From positions 2,084 through 66,083 of the forward strand of contig CAZSDK010000007.1 of assembly GCA_964605655.1 (NCBI GenBank): a DNA stretch of 64,000 nt. The letters run 5' to 3'. Shown piece after piece: positions 9,901-19,163 of this stretch; the first letter of the stretch is position 1; each line of letters begins with the position of its first letter. The DNA is from an uncultured Bacteroidales bacterium (lineage in GTDB: Bacteria; Bacteroidota; Bacteroidia; Bacteroidales; CAIXZF01). The notes beneath the pieces were generated by a model. The model had not been told where the DNA came from and searched no databases. It saw only the letters and a program-made list of their open reading frames with translations. The position numbers and the translations under genes are program-made.

Positions 9901-10927
9901 CTTACTGGGGAATGTACTCCCTGCAGGGCCCGGGTTCCCGGTACCAACGACCTTTACTCATGAAGGATTTGTTCAGGACCGTTATTACTGCTATTCCGTG
10001 CAGGCATACAACAACAGCAATACAAGAACATCCAGTTCATGCAAGGCCTGTATCTTTGCCACCAAACCCAAACAGCCTCAGTTTATTTTCCTCAGGAATG
10101 CCACGGTTAAACCTGATAATACCATCGATCTGAAACTGCACACCGACACATCGGCCTATGTGACGGAATACCGCATCCTCAGGGCATACGACAAGCCAGG
10201 TCCTTACCAGCTTGCAGGTAAACTGCCATCAAGCTGGGAACCCGATTTGATCTACAACGATGAATCGGTTGATCCTGCTAATTTCAGCTACTACTATGCC
10301 GTTACAGTCATTGACAGTTGTGGCCTGGAGGTTCTTCATTCAGATACGGCACGAACGATACTGCTCACCGTTGAACCGAAGGCTAACTTTACCAACCGTC
10401 TCGACTGGAACGATTACGAGGGCTGGACATGGTCGTTTGTCAAGGGATACCAGTTATACCGAAGCATTGACGGCATGACGGATCCTATCCCCATCGCCAC
10501 GGTGCCTTACGGAAAGCAGTTTTATGTCGATGATGTTTCAGGATATTTCGACACCCAGGGCAAGTTCCAGTATTATCTGGAAGCTTTGGAAGGGCCCGGA
10601 TCACTGGCTTTCAATGACACTTCCTATTCTAATGCTGCGGCAGATGTCCAACCATCTCATACCTATATACCCAATGCCTTCTCTCCAAAGGGATATAACA
10701 ACATCTTCAAACCTATCAGCATCTATGCCGATACCAAGAATTATTACTTCGTCATCTATAACCGGATGGGTGAGATGCTTTTCGAGACCAGGGACCCGTC
10801 GGAAGGATGGGATGGTACTTACGAAGGAGACTATGTACCCCTGGGTGTTTATATATATTACGTCAAGTTCACCACCTCAGGAGGTGAGAAATTTGAAAAA
10901 CGTGCTACCGTGACGGTAATTAAATAG
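6989..10927 (+). CDS. 1312-aa cell-surface protein with FN3/Ig-like repeats and a T9SS type-B C-terminal sorting domain
   Basis: Signal peptide MIMIKKLFISIALLLGLLGSASA. Modules of the form xLxWxxxxxxxxxxYxIYRS recur. The C-terminus reads TYIPNAFSPKGYNNIFKP...EGWDGTYEGDYVPLGVYIYYVKF...VTVIK, typical of the gliding-motility-associated C-terminal domain. Confidence 0.9.
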   Translation: MIMIKKLFISIALLLGLLGSASASHYMGGEIYWKCQPNGQYKFYMRVYQECAGILYSTGSEQLSTNVPGLTTITLYYVDSTDISPNCYPGTGPLFPHLNCETTTVSNTGGVREWIYESNPVSLPAGPPPATGWVFSYTGCCRNPCTNISNTSSMDWFLRAIMYPYPSATYNTCWDNSPSFLERPSTVICTGYPFSYNPNAYDIELDSLAYEWAQPWTGNNTPIPAGSYNGTYSWNSPLPGPGLNPNNVAATVNPNTGEVSFTSFTSGAFVTVNKVSAFRCGVKVAEIFREMQVVLLPCPGNDPPTVIIQYPNGDTLSNYVDTVFAGAMVSYNMWAFDGQMLNDTFTPQTIKVTATGTQLGLNGISTTTGCLNPPCAIIFWGDTINPMPLPALGIWALNTQFRWQTSCSHLATDIGCGGVSNVYNFIVATSDDYCPAPAIRWTTITIVVKNAIMPPPSPRCITTEPNGHLKLSWVIPDTIVIPNTWNAYLIYRSTNINGPYTLIDSLKTANNYYVTSTNWTDLTAHGNDTVYYYYMQTRSGCYGNYFSAYSDTLSNMLLNSTNTLDGHVLNQWNPISNPLPPTSTGKYSVLFRYNSVWSELDTSYDCSAYSLVNGCGYIKFRISLADASGCSSMSNIDSALFQTATPPFPHCLAVEPNGSVTVTFEPPADTNLTFFSAYLFYSSDTPTSGYNLVDSITNPAQFVKNISAINANDAPEYLYIINRIYCDGYFYSNTSDTLKTLFLSITSLNPLNSQLFWNVMHVPPIPSASNQYDIYRGFPVGDWNHLTQTPLLTATDNLVLCDDTIPYRIEMADAIGCVSVSNVAKTRYYDNIPPPIPLLDTVSIDSITGFTHISWLPNSPETSGYLIFWDNGGTLTLLDTVWGTNTTHYVDNTSPGNGCDAPKSYVIAAIDSCWLTSGMGIDKPHNTIHLEIAHIDPCGAKITLSWNPYQNMVDTLGGYRVYVSDNGAPWTLLGNVLPAGPGFPVPTTFTHEGFVQDRYYCYSVQAYNNSNTRTSSSCKACIFATKPKQPQFIFLRNATVKPDNTIDLKLHTDTSAYVTEYRILRAYDKPGPYQLAGKLPSSWEPDLIYNDESVDPANFSYYYAVTVIDSCGLEVLHSDTARTILLTVEPKANFTNRLDWNDYEGWTWSFVKGYQLYRSIDGMTDPIPIATVPYGKQFYVDDVSGYFDTQGKFQYYLEALEGPGSLAFNDTSYSNAAADVQPSHTYIPNAFSPKGYNNIFKPISIYADTKNYYFVIYNRMGEMLFETRDPSEGWDGTYEGDYVPLGVYIYYVKFTTSGGEKFEKRATVTVIK

Positions 10928-10946
10928 CCGAAGTTGCATTTTGAAG

Positions 10947-10990
10947 AACCCCGGATGGATCACTTTTCCCCTTCCGGGGTTTTTCGTTTT
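10947..10990 (+). terminator. Rho-independent terminator after the 1312-aa gene
   Basis: AACCCCGGA (10947-10955) pairs with TCCGGGGTT (10973-10981) and is followed by TTTCGTTTTT. Confidence 0.6.
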
Positions 10991-11055
10991 TAATCAGAGT
11001 GTTGGTACTTGGCGTACAATAATTTTCTGTTATTTTGCAAAACTTTTTTTTGACC

Positions 11056-12537
11056 ATGGCACAGAAGAAATTCCCCTCATATAACGAGAAATTTACCGGT
11101 GAAGGACTGACTTATGATGACGTGCTTCTCATACCGGCCTATTCTGAGGTTCTCCCCAGGGATGTGGAGATCTCTACTTATTTCTCAAGGAACATCAGAC
11201 TGAACATCCCTATCGTTTCGGCAGCCATGGACACCGTAACCGAATCGACCATGGCTATTGCCATGGCCCAGGAAGGTGGTATCGGGGTGCTCCATAAAAA
11301 CATGTCGATTGAGGATCAGGGCAATGAAGTGAGAAAGGTGAAGCGAGCTGAGAACGGGATGATCCTTGACCCGATTACCCTTGTGGTGGATGCCAAAGTG
11401 GAGGATGCACTCAATATCATGCGTGAGTACAAGATTGGTGGCATACCGGTAATCAACAACCGCAAACAACTTGTTGGCATCGTCACCAACAGGGACCTGC
11501 GTTTCGAGAGGAACCTGGAAAGACCTATCCGGGAAGTAATGACCAGTAATGTCATTTCAACAACCGAATTCACTGATTTTGAGAAAGCAGCTGAGATCCT
11601 CCAGGAGTACAAGATCGAGAAACTCCCGGTCGTGGATTCCAAAAACAAGCTGATAGGGCTCATCACTTACAAGGATATCATCAAGATCAAGGCCAGGCCT
11701 AATGCCTGTAAGGACAGTCGTGGAAGGCTCCGGGTCGCAGCTGCCGTCGGGACCTCTCCTGATACCTTGGAACGGGTGGCAGAGCTGGTCAGAAACGAGG
11801 TGGATGCCATCGTAGTGGATACGGCTCATGGGCACTCCAAGAATGTGATAGAGACTGCCAAAAGAATCAAGAAAGCCTTTCCACAGGTCGATATGGTCCT
11901 TGGAAATATTGCCACGGCCGACGCTGCCAGAGACCTTATCCAGACAGACGCTGACGGGCTTAAAGTAGGCATAGGGCCCGGGTCCATCTGTACCACCCGT
12001 ATCATTGCAGGCATAGGATTGCCGCAACTTACCGCCATTTTCGAAGTCGCCAGAGTCACCCAGGAAGTCCAGATACCTATCATTGCTGATGGTGGTATCC
12101 GGTACACCGGCGATATCGTAAAAGCCATGGCTGCCGGTGCGTCAAGCATCATGGCCGGCTCTCTCTTTGCCGGCGTCGATGAGAGCCCGGGAGAGACCAT
12201 CATCTTTGAAGGAAGGAAATTTAAGACCTATCGCGGTATGGGATCCATTGAAGCCATGCAGAAAGGGTCTAAGGACCGGTATTTCCAGGATGATATCATG
12301 GAAGAAGGCAAACTGGTGCCTGAAGGTATCGTCGGCCGTGTACCTTACAAAGGAACCCTGTCGGAAGTGATCCACCAGCTTAAGGGCGGCCTCCGGTCGG
12401 GGATGGGCTATACTGGTGCCTCCAACATCCGCCAGCTCCAACAAGCCAAATTCATTAAAATCACCCAGGCAGGTGTGGTGGAAAGTCATCCCCACGACAT
12501 CACCATCACCAGAGAAGCCCCGAACTATAGTCGATAA
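11056..12537 (+). CDS. guaB: inosine-5'-monophosphate dehydrogenase
   Basis: Shows a tandem CBS insertion, the catalytic Cys loop GIGPGSICTTR and the GGIRYTGD segment. I moved the start to ATG 11056 (MAQKKFPSYNEKFTGEGLTYDDVLL). Confidence 0.96.
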   Translation: MAQKKFPSYNEKFTGEGLTYDDVLLIPAYSEVLPRDVEISTYFSRNIRLNIPIVSAAMDTVTESTMAIAMAQEGGIGVLHKNMSIEDQGNEVRKVKRAENGMILDPITLVVDAKVEDALNIMREYKIGGIPVINNRKQLVGIVTNRDLRFERNLERPIREVMTSNVISTTEFTDFEKAAEILQEYKIEKLPVVDSKNKLIGLITYKDIIKIKARPNACKDSRGRLRVAAAVGTSPDTLERVAELVRNEVDAIVVDTAHGHSKNVIETAKRIKKAFPQVDMVLGNIATADAARDLIQTDADGLKVGIGPGSICTTRIIAGIGLPQLTAIFEVARVTQEVQIPIIADGGIRYTGDIVKAMAAGASSIMAGSLFAGVDESPGETIIFEGRKFKTYRGMGSIEAMQKGSKDRYFQDDIMEEGKLVPEGIVGRVPYKGTLSEVIHQLKGGLRSGMGYTGASNIRQLQQAKFIKITQAGVVESHPHDITITREAPNYSR

Positions 12538-12575
12538 TATTTGTTTATCAAACAATCCAACAAATTCTAAAGGAA

Positions 12576-14576
12576 ATGAATGGTCTCAGAACATCTTTAA
12601 TTGCATTATTCGCATTTCTCTGCTTCACCGCAGCCGCCCAGACCCAGGATGATCCCGTCCTCATGCAGATCGCAGGATCCAAGGTCACTCGTTCGGAATT
12701 TCTGAATATCTACCAGAAAAACAACGTGAAGGGTGAGGTGATCGACAAAAAGTCACTCGATGAGTACGTGGAACTGTTCATTAACTTCAAGCTCAAGGTA
12801 AAGGAAGCTGAAGAACTCGGTATGGACACCATTACCTCGTTCGTAAATGAACTGGGTGGCTACCGGAAACAACTGGCTCAGAAATACCTTGTCGATGAGG
12901 AAGTTGACAGCCTTCTCATCAAGGAAGCTTATGACCGGATGCAAAAGGATATCAGGGCCAGTCATATCCTCATCAAGTGCGATGCCGGAGCCTCACCCAA
13001 AGATACTCTGGCGGCTTATAATAAAATTGTTGAATTACGTAACCGCATACTTAAAGGAGAAAAATTCGACAAAGTGGCCCGGAAAAGTTCCGATGACCTT
13101 TCAGCCCGAGACAGGGAAGCAGCTCAGAACAGGCCTTTTGTCAAAGGCAATGGCGGTGACCTGGGGTACTTTACTGTTTTTGATATGGTATATCCTTTTG
13201 AAACAGCTGCTTATAACACCAAGGCAGGAGAAGTATCCAAACCTATCAGAACCGAATACGGATATCATATCATTTATGTGACGGATGTCAGGAAAGCGAT
13301 GGGCAAGGCCAGGGTAGCCCATATCTTTACCAACCTGCAGCAGAAAGTGAATGCAGAGGACTCTGCTCTTGCCAAGACCCGGATCTTTGAAGCCTACGAA
13401 AAGATCAAACAAGGTGCTGACTGGGACACCATAGCCAAGCAGTATTCCGAGGACAAGGGTACGGCTGCCAAAGGCGGAATCTTACCCTGGTTTGGAGTTA
13501 ACCGCATGGTGCCGGAATTTATTCTTGCCGTGGCAAAATTGAAAAAAACAGGTGACATCTCGGAACCTATCACCACTCCATTCGGTTGGCACATCATCAA
13601 GCTGCTCGACAGAAAAGAAATCGGGAGCCTGGAGGACGTGAAAGCAGACATCAAACAAAAAGTGTCGCGTGATACCCGGTCGCAGCAAAGCAAGGAAGCC
13701 GTCGTGGCCAAGATCAAAGATCAGTATGGATTCCAGGAATTTCCGGCAAGGAAGACGGAAATCATCCCCTTCCTTGATTCGACGTATTTTCAGGCCACCT
13801 GGAAAGCCGGTAAAACAGATCACCTGAAAGGGACCTTGTTCACCATCGGTGACCGTTCTGCCACCACCGCCGATTTTGCCCGTTTCCTTGAAAAAGAACA
13901 AAAAGCAAAGACAGCAGAAGATTTTAATGTTCTTGTAAACCAGATGTACAAGAAATTCGTGGAAGAAACCTGCATGGCTTACAAAGACAGCAAACTGGAA
14001 TCTGAGTTTCCCGACTTTAAAAACCTGATGAAAGAATACAGGGACGGCATCCTTCTGTTCGACCTCACTGATAAAAAAGTCTGGTCGAAGGCAGTGAAAG
14101 ATACTGTCGGCCTCCAGTCATTCTATGATAAAAACAAGAACAACTATCTTTGGGGTGACAGGGCAGATGCCGTGATCTTTAAAGGGAAAGACCCATCGCT
14201 GATGGAAAAAGCTTTTGGTCTTATCAGCAAACAGCTCAAAAAAGACAAGCTCGACACGGCTGCATTCAATAAAAAAATAAATAAAGATCCCAAAAACATC
14301 GTCAAACCGGAATTTGGAAAATTCTCCAAAGGGGATAACAAATGGGTGGATGCCGTTACCTGGGAAAAAGGAATTTATCCCGTTACGGCAGCCGACGGCT
14401 CCTATTATTTCATCGTCATCCGCCAGAAACTGGCGCCCGAGCCCAAAACCCTGAATGAATCGAGAGGGCTCGTAACGGCCGACTATCAGAACTACCTTGA
14501 GAAGATCTGGATCAAGGAACTCAGGGATAAGTATCCTGTGTCGGTTAACAAAGATGTACTCTCTACCATAAAATAA
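12576..14576 (+). CDS. periplasmic peptidyl-prolyl isomerase/chaperone with two parvulin domains (PpiD/SurA-like)
   Basis: 666 aa with signal peptide MNGLRTSLIALFAFLCFTAAAQ. Two parvulin cores are present: GGDLGYF...GYHIIYVTDVR and GGILPWF...GWHIIKLLDRK. Confidence 0.88.
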   Translation: MNGLRTSLIALFAFLCFTAAAQTQDDPVLMQIAGSKVTRSEFLNIYQKNNVKGEVIDKKSLDEYVELFINFKLKVKEAEELGMDTITSFVNELGGYRKQLAQKYLVDEEVDSLLIKEAYDRMQKDIRASHILIKCDAGASPKDTLAAYNKIVELRNRILKGEKFDKVARKSSDDLSARDREAAQNRPFVKGNGGDLGYFTVFDMVYPFETAAYNTKAGEVSKPIRTEYGYHIIYVTDVRKAMGKARVAHIFTNLQQKVNAEDSALAKTRIFEAYEKIKQGADWDTIAKQYSEDKGTAAKGGILPWFGVNRMVPEFILAVAKLKKTGDISEPITTPFGWHIIKLLDRKEIGSLEDVKADIKQKVSRDTRSQQSKEAVVAKIKDQYGFQEFPARKTEIIPFLDSTYFQATWKAGKTDHLKGTLFTIGDRSATTADFARFLEKEQKAKTAEDFNVLVNQMYKKFVEETCMAYKDSKLESEFPDFKNLMKEYRDGILLFDLTDKKVWSKAVKDTVGLQSFYDKNKNNYLWGDRADAVIFKGKDPSLMEKAFGLISKQLKKDKLDTAAFNKKINKDPKNIVKPEFGKFSKGDNKWVDAVTWEKGIYPVTAADGSYYFIVIRQKLAPEPKTLNESRGLVTADYQNYLEKIWIKELRDKYPVSVNKDVLSTIK

Positions 14577-15424
14577 TGAGACTACCGGGCTTGTTTCTGT
14601 GCGTATTCCTCTTTCTGCTGGTCTCCTGTAACCGGCCTGGAAAGGATGCCAGCAACCCGGTTATTGCCAGGGTCTACAGTTCTTATCTTTACCAGAAAGA
14701 CCTGGTTGGAATGCTGCCACCCGGAACCTACGGCAAAGACAGCGTCGACTTTGTCAAACAATATATACAGAACTGGGTAAAGCAACAGTTGGTCCTTCAC
14801 CAGGCAGAAGATAACCTGAGCAAGAGTCAAAAAGACTTCACCAAGGAACTGGATGAATATAAGAACTCCCTGATTGTTTATGCTTATGAATCAGAGCTTA
14901 TCAGTCAAAAACTGGATACGGTTGTGACTGAAAAACAGATGGAAGAATATTACCGGTCCAATCCGGATGATTTTGAACTTAAAGATAATATTCTTAGAGT
15001 GTTATATGTGAAGATGAACAACGGCGATGCCCAGATCAGGAATATCAGGAACCTGATCAGATCGGGTAATCAGAACGACCGCCAGCGATTGGTTAAACTG
15101 TGCGCCACCTCTGCCGTAAATTCTTTTCTTGATGACTCTACATGGCTCTATTTCAACGACATGATCAAGGAGATTCCCATCACTACCTACAATCAGGAAG
15201 AATATCTTCAAAACCACCGTTACGTTGAGTTTTCGGATGAAGTTTACACCTACCTGATTAATATCCTCGATTTCAAGATCAAGGAAGGGAGTTCCCCTTA
15301 TGATCTTGAAAAAGACAACATCCGCCGGATTATCCTGAATAAGAGAAAAGTGAAGTTATTGAATGACCTGGAACAGGAAATCTATAACAAGGCCTTGAAT
15401 AATAAGGACTTTGAGGTTTATTAA
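14576..15424 (+). CDS. lipoprotein in the PPIase/chaperone cluster (no parvulin signature seen)
   Basis: 282 aa with a lipobox LLVSC after a hydrophobic leader. TAATG overlap with the upstream gene. Function is inferred only from its position between two SurA-like genes. Confidence 0.6.
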   Translation: MRLPGLFLCVFLFLLVSCNRPGKDASNPVIARVYSSYLYQKDLVGMLPPGTYGKDSVDFVKQYIQNWVKQQLVLHQAEDNLSKSQKDFTKELDEYKNSLIVYAYESELISQKLDTVVTEKQMEEYYRSNPDDFELKDNILRVLYVKMNNGDAQIRNIRNLIRSGNQNDRQRLVKLCATSAVNSFLDDSTWLYFNDMIKEIPITTYNQEEYLQNHRYVEFSDEVYTYLINILDFKIKEGSSPYDLEKDNIRRIILNKRKVKLLNDLEQEIYNKALNNKDFEVY

Positions 15425-15474
15425 TCCCCGTGTGATGCAATTTTTAAAGGCTTTTCCAGTTATCTGTTGATCCG

Positions 15475-16830
15475 ATGCATCAGTTTATGAGATATATAAA
15501 ATACGGGCTACTCTGTTTTGTTACGATTTTCATGACAGGCCGGACTTTCTCACAGGGAAAAGTCATCGACCAGGTGGTGGCAGTGGTGGCCGGCTATGCC
15601 ATTCTCCAATCCGACATTGAGAACCAATACTTGCAGTATAAAGCACAGGGACAGATTTCTGGCGGAGAAGAAATAAAATGCAAGATCCTTGAAAATCTTC
15701 TCTTTCAGAAACTCCTCCTTAACCAGGCTGAAATTGACAGCGTGGAAGTCACCGATGAACAAGTGGAAAACGAACTCAACCGCAAGCTAAGGTATTATAT
15801 TACCCAGTTTGGATCGGAGGAGAAATTTGTGGAATTCTATAAGAAACCCATCGTTGAGTTTAAAGAGGAGTTCAGGGATGTCATCCGGGACCAAAAAAAG
15901 ATAGAACAGGTTCAATACACCATTACGAAAGACGTAAAGGTGACCCCATCAGAGGTGAAGAGCTTTTTCAACAGCATGCCGACCGACAGCATTCCGCTCA
16001 TTAATGCTGAGGTGGAAATCGGTGTGATCGTGAAGAACCCGCCCGTAAGCCTGGAAGAAAAGGTCAGGGTAAGAGAAAAACTGCAGTCAATGAGGGACCG
16101 TATTCTCAAAGGAGAGGATTTTGCCACTCTGGCCATCATGTACTCTGAGGATCCGGGATCTGCCAGGAAAGGCGGTGAACTGGGATTTGTCGGGAGAGGA
16201 GAGTTGTACCCGGAATTTGAAGCCGTTGCCTTCAATCTGAAAAAAGGCGAAGTATCTGACATTCTGGAAACCAAGGCAGGATTTCATATCATACAGCTTA
16301 TTGAAAGGAAGGGAGAATACATTAATGTGAGGCATATACTCCTCATTCCGAAAGTCTCCTCAGAAGACCTGGTCAAGGCTAAACAAATCCTCGACAAAGC
16401 TTACAATCTGATCCAAAAAGATTCCCTCTCCTTTGAAAAAGCAGCACAGGAATACAGTGACGATCCCTCAAAGGTCAACGGTGGCCTCATGGTAAACCCA
16501 AACACGGGGACTACCCGTTATGAGATGGATGAAGTGGAACCTGCCGTTTCTTTTGCCATCGATAAAATGAATGTGGGAGACGTCTCGCAGCCGCTTCTGA
16601 TGAAGACAGATGACGGCAAACAAGCTTACCGTCTGGTGTATCTCAAATCGAGGACCGCACCCCATAAAGCCACGCTGAAGGAAGATTATGACCGTATCCA
16701 TCAGTGGGCCCTGGAAGAAAAAAACATGAAAACCATTGATAAATGGATCTCAGGAAAGGTAGACAAAACCTATATCAACATTATTGATTCATTTCAGCAA
16801 TGTCCATTTAACCATCATTGGATGAATTAA
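15475..16830 (+). CDS. SurA-like periplasmic chaperone/peptidyl-prolyl isomerase
   Basis: 451 aa with a signal peptide and a SurA N-terminal-like region. Parvulin cores: GGELGFVGRGELYPEF...GFHIIQLIERK, and a second GGLMVNPNTG...AYRLVYLK domain. Confidence 0.88.
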   Translation: MHQFMRYIKYGLLCFVTIFMTGRTFSQGKVIDQVVAVVAGYAILQSDIENQYLQYKAQGQISGGEEIKCKILENLLFQKLLLNQAEIDSVEVTDEQVENELNRKLRYYITQFGSEEKFVEFYKKPIVEFKEEFRDVIRDQKKIEQVQYTITKDVKVTPSEVKSFFNSMPTDSIPLINAEVEIGVIVKNPPVSLEEKVRVREKLQSMRDRILKGEDFATLAIMYSEDPGSARKGGELGFVGRGELYPEFEAVAFNLKKGEVSDILETKAGFHIIQLIERKGEYINVRHILLIPKVSSEDLVKAKQILDKAYNLIQKDSLSFEKAAQEYSDDPSKVNGGLMVNPNTGTTRYEMDEVEPAVSFAIDKMNVGDVSQPLLMKTDDGKQAYRLVYLKSRTAPHKATLKEDYDRIHQWALEEKNMKTIDKWISGKVDKTYINIIDSFQQCPFNHHWMN

Positions 16831-16855
16831 TTACACGAATCAAACCCAACTATCT

Positions 16856-17821
16856 ATGCAATATCAATCGGATGTAGAAGCGCTGGATGCTTTTGTCGGA
16901 AAATATCAAACCCTTAAGAAAGAAATAGGAAAGGTAATCGTTGGCCAGGATGAAGTGGTCAAGATGGTGCTTATCAATATTTTCAGTCGCGGACATGGTC
17001 TGCTGGTCGGGGTGCCCGGCTTGGCAAAGACGCTGCTGATCAACACTATATCTAAAGCATTAGGACTCACTTACAACAGGATACAGTTCACCCCTGACCT
17101 GATGCCCTCAGATATTGTTGGTACCGAGATCCTCGACGAGACCAGGAAATTCAGGTTTGTGAAAGGGCCGATTTTTGCCAATATCATTCTTGCAGACGAG
17201 ATCAACCGTACCCCTCCCAAGACCCAGTCGGCCCTTCTCGAGGCCATGCAGGAGAAGGCCGTGACCGTCGCCGGGGTCTCTTACAAGCTGGATGAGCCCT
17301 TTTTTGTACTCGCCACCCAGAACCCCATTGAGCAGGAAGGCACCTACCCCCTCCCTGAAGCCCAGCTCGACCGTTTTATGTTCAATATATGGCTCGATTA
17401 TCCATCCTTTAACGAAGAGATCGACATCGTAAAAACCACCACAGCCGACATCATCAACGACGTAAATGTGGTACTGGAAAAGGAAGAGATTAGATACTTC
17501 CAGTCGTTGATCCGTAAGATCCCGGTGCCCGATAACGTGTACCAGTATGCGGTGAACCTGGCCACCATCACCAGGCCCCACACAGCAAATGCCCATGCCT
17601 GGGCTAACGCCTACCTTACCTGGGGTGCCGGTCCCAGAGCCTCACAGTACCTGGTGATCGGTGCTAAATGCCACGCAGCACTGCACGGGAAATACTCTCC
17701 TGACATTGAAGACGTTAAAGCAGTGGCGGAAGCCATCCTCAGGCATCGTATCGTGAGAAACTACAAAGCGGAAGCTGAAGGCATGACTGAGAAAATCATC
17801 ATTGAAGAACTCCTGAAATAA
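16856..17821 (+). CDS. MoxR-family AAA+ ATPase
   Basis: 321 aa. Walker A GVPGLAKT, Walker B ILADEINR, and the MoxR-typical FVLATQNPIEQEGTYPLPEAQLDRF segment. Confidence 0.93.
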   Translation: MQYQSDVEALDAFVGKYQTLKKEIGKVIVGQDEVVKMVLINIFSRGHGLLVGVPGLAKTLLINTISKALGLTYNRIQFTPDLMPSDIVGTEILDETRKFRFVKGPIFANIILADEINRTPPKTQSALLEAMQEKAVTVAGVSYKLDEPFFVLATQNPIEQEGTYPLPEAQLDRFMFNIWLDYPSFNEEIDIVKTTTADIINDVNVVLEKEEIRYFQSLIRKIPVPDNVYQYAVNLATITRPHTANAHAWANAYLTWGAGPRASQYLVIGAKCHAALHGKYSPDIEDVKAVAEAILRHRIVRNYKAEAEGMTEKIIIEELLK

Positions 17822-17900
17822 AGGCACTCGATCATCTCTACTTCATATTTTTCTGTAACGCGTTCTTTCATTTCTGACTTCTCTCTCTAATATTTTATAC

Positions 17901-19163
17901 ATGAAGAAGAAGAAACTGTATTTCTACCTGGGTGGCCTTATCGTCCTTGTCATTTTGATTTGGTGGCTTACCAGTCTTAAAACGGGTAAAGAGGACACCA
18001 TCGTTGCCAAGGTGAGCTACGGTGATTTCAAGATCGCCGTTACCACCACCGGTGAACTGGAAGCTAAAAGCTCTGAGAAGATTTATGGCCCTGCCGGATT
18101 GAGAAGAGTCGGCATCTGGCAGGTGAAGATTGAAAATATGGTCACCGAAGGCACCGTGGTTGATTCAGGGCAGTTCGTAGCCAGCCTCGACCGTACAGAG
18201 ATCAGCAATAAGCTCAAAGACAAGCAGACCGAGCTTGAAAAGCTGCAGTCTCAATATACCAAGACAAGGCTGGATACCTCCCTGGAACTCCGAAGTGCCC
18301 GGGACGAGCTGGTAAACCTCAAATATGCCATGGAAGAGGCGAAGATCACCCTCGAACAGTCGAAGTTCGAACCTCCTGCCACCATCAGACAGGTGACCAT
18401 AGAAATGGAAAAACAGGAAAGAAACTACGAGCAGGCGCAAAAAAATTACAAGCTCAAACTCGAAAAAGCCAAGGCCAATATGGCGGAAGTCTCAGCCTCG
18501 CTTCAGCAGGTGGAACGTAACTACCAGGACCTGATCGAAGTAGTGGAGGAATTTACGGTGAACGCCCCGAAATCGGGAATGGTCATCTATAAAAGAAACT
18601 GGGACGGAGCCAAACAAGGCGTGGGCTCGACCCTCAGCGCCTGGGATAATGTGGTGGCCACCCTGCCTGACCTTTCGGAGATGATCTCCAAAACTTACGT
18701 TAACGAAATCGATATCAGCAAGATAAAAGTCAACCAGACCGTGGAAATCGGTGTTGACGCCTTCCCTGAAAAAAAATTCACGGGCAAAGTGATAGAGGTG
18801 GCCAACATCGGGGAACAAATGCGGACCACCAATGCCAAGGTATTTGAGGTAAAGATCAAGGTCAATGAATATGATTCCATCCTCAGGCCGGCCATGACAA
18901 CTAAAAACGCCATTCTTACCGCCATCGTCCCGAAGGTACTTTTTCTACCTATTGAAGCCATCCATAATGAAGACAGCCTGACCTTCGTGTACAAAAAAGA
19001 CGGAGGCAGGGTTCACAAGCAGGAGGTAATAGTGGGTCAAAGCAATGAAAATGAGATTATTATACAGGAAGGGCTGAAGCAGAACGATGAGGTGCTGATG
19101 AGCATTCCTGAAAATCATGAGAAGCTGAAAGTCAGCAAATTGCCAAAGAAAGCCAAAAAGTGA
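17901..19163 (+). CDS. efflux periplasmic adaptor (HlyD/MacA-type membrane fusion protein)
   Basis: 420 aa. N-terminal TM anchor, a long coiled-coil hairpin (TELEKLQSQY...KAKANMAEVSASLQQVE) and C-terminal barrel-like domains. Confidence 0.85.
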   Translation: MKKKKLYFYLGGLIVLVILIWWLTSLKTGKEDTIVAKVSYGDFKIAVTTTGELEAKSSEKIYGPAGLRRVGIWQVKIENMVTEGTVVDSGQFVASLDRTEISNKLKDKQTELEKLQSQYTKTRLDTSLELRSARDELVNLKYAMEEAKITLEQSKFEPPATIRQVTIEMEKQERNYEQAQKNYKLKLEKAKANMAEVSASLQQVERNYQDLIEVVEEFTVNAPKSGMVIYKRNWDGAKQGVGSTLSAWDNVVATLPDLSEMISKTYVNEIDISKIKVNQTVEIGVDAFPEKKFTGKVIEVANIGEQMRTTNAKVFEVKIKVNEYDSILRPAMTTKNAILTAIVPKVLFLPIEAIHNEDSLTFVYKKDGGRVHKQEVIVGQSNENEIIIQEGLKQNDEVLMSIPENHEKLKVSKLPKKAKK

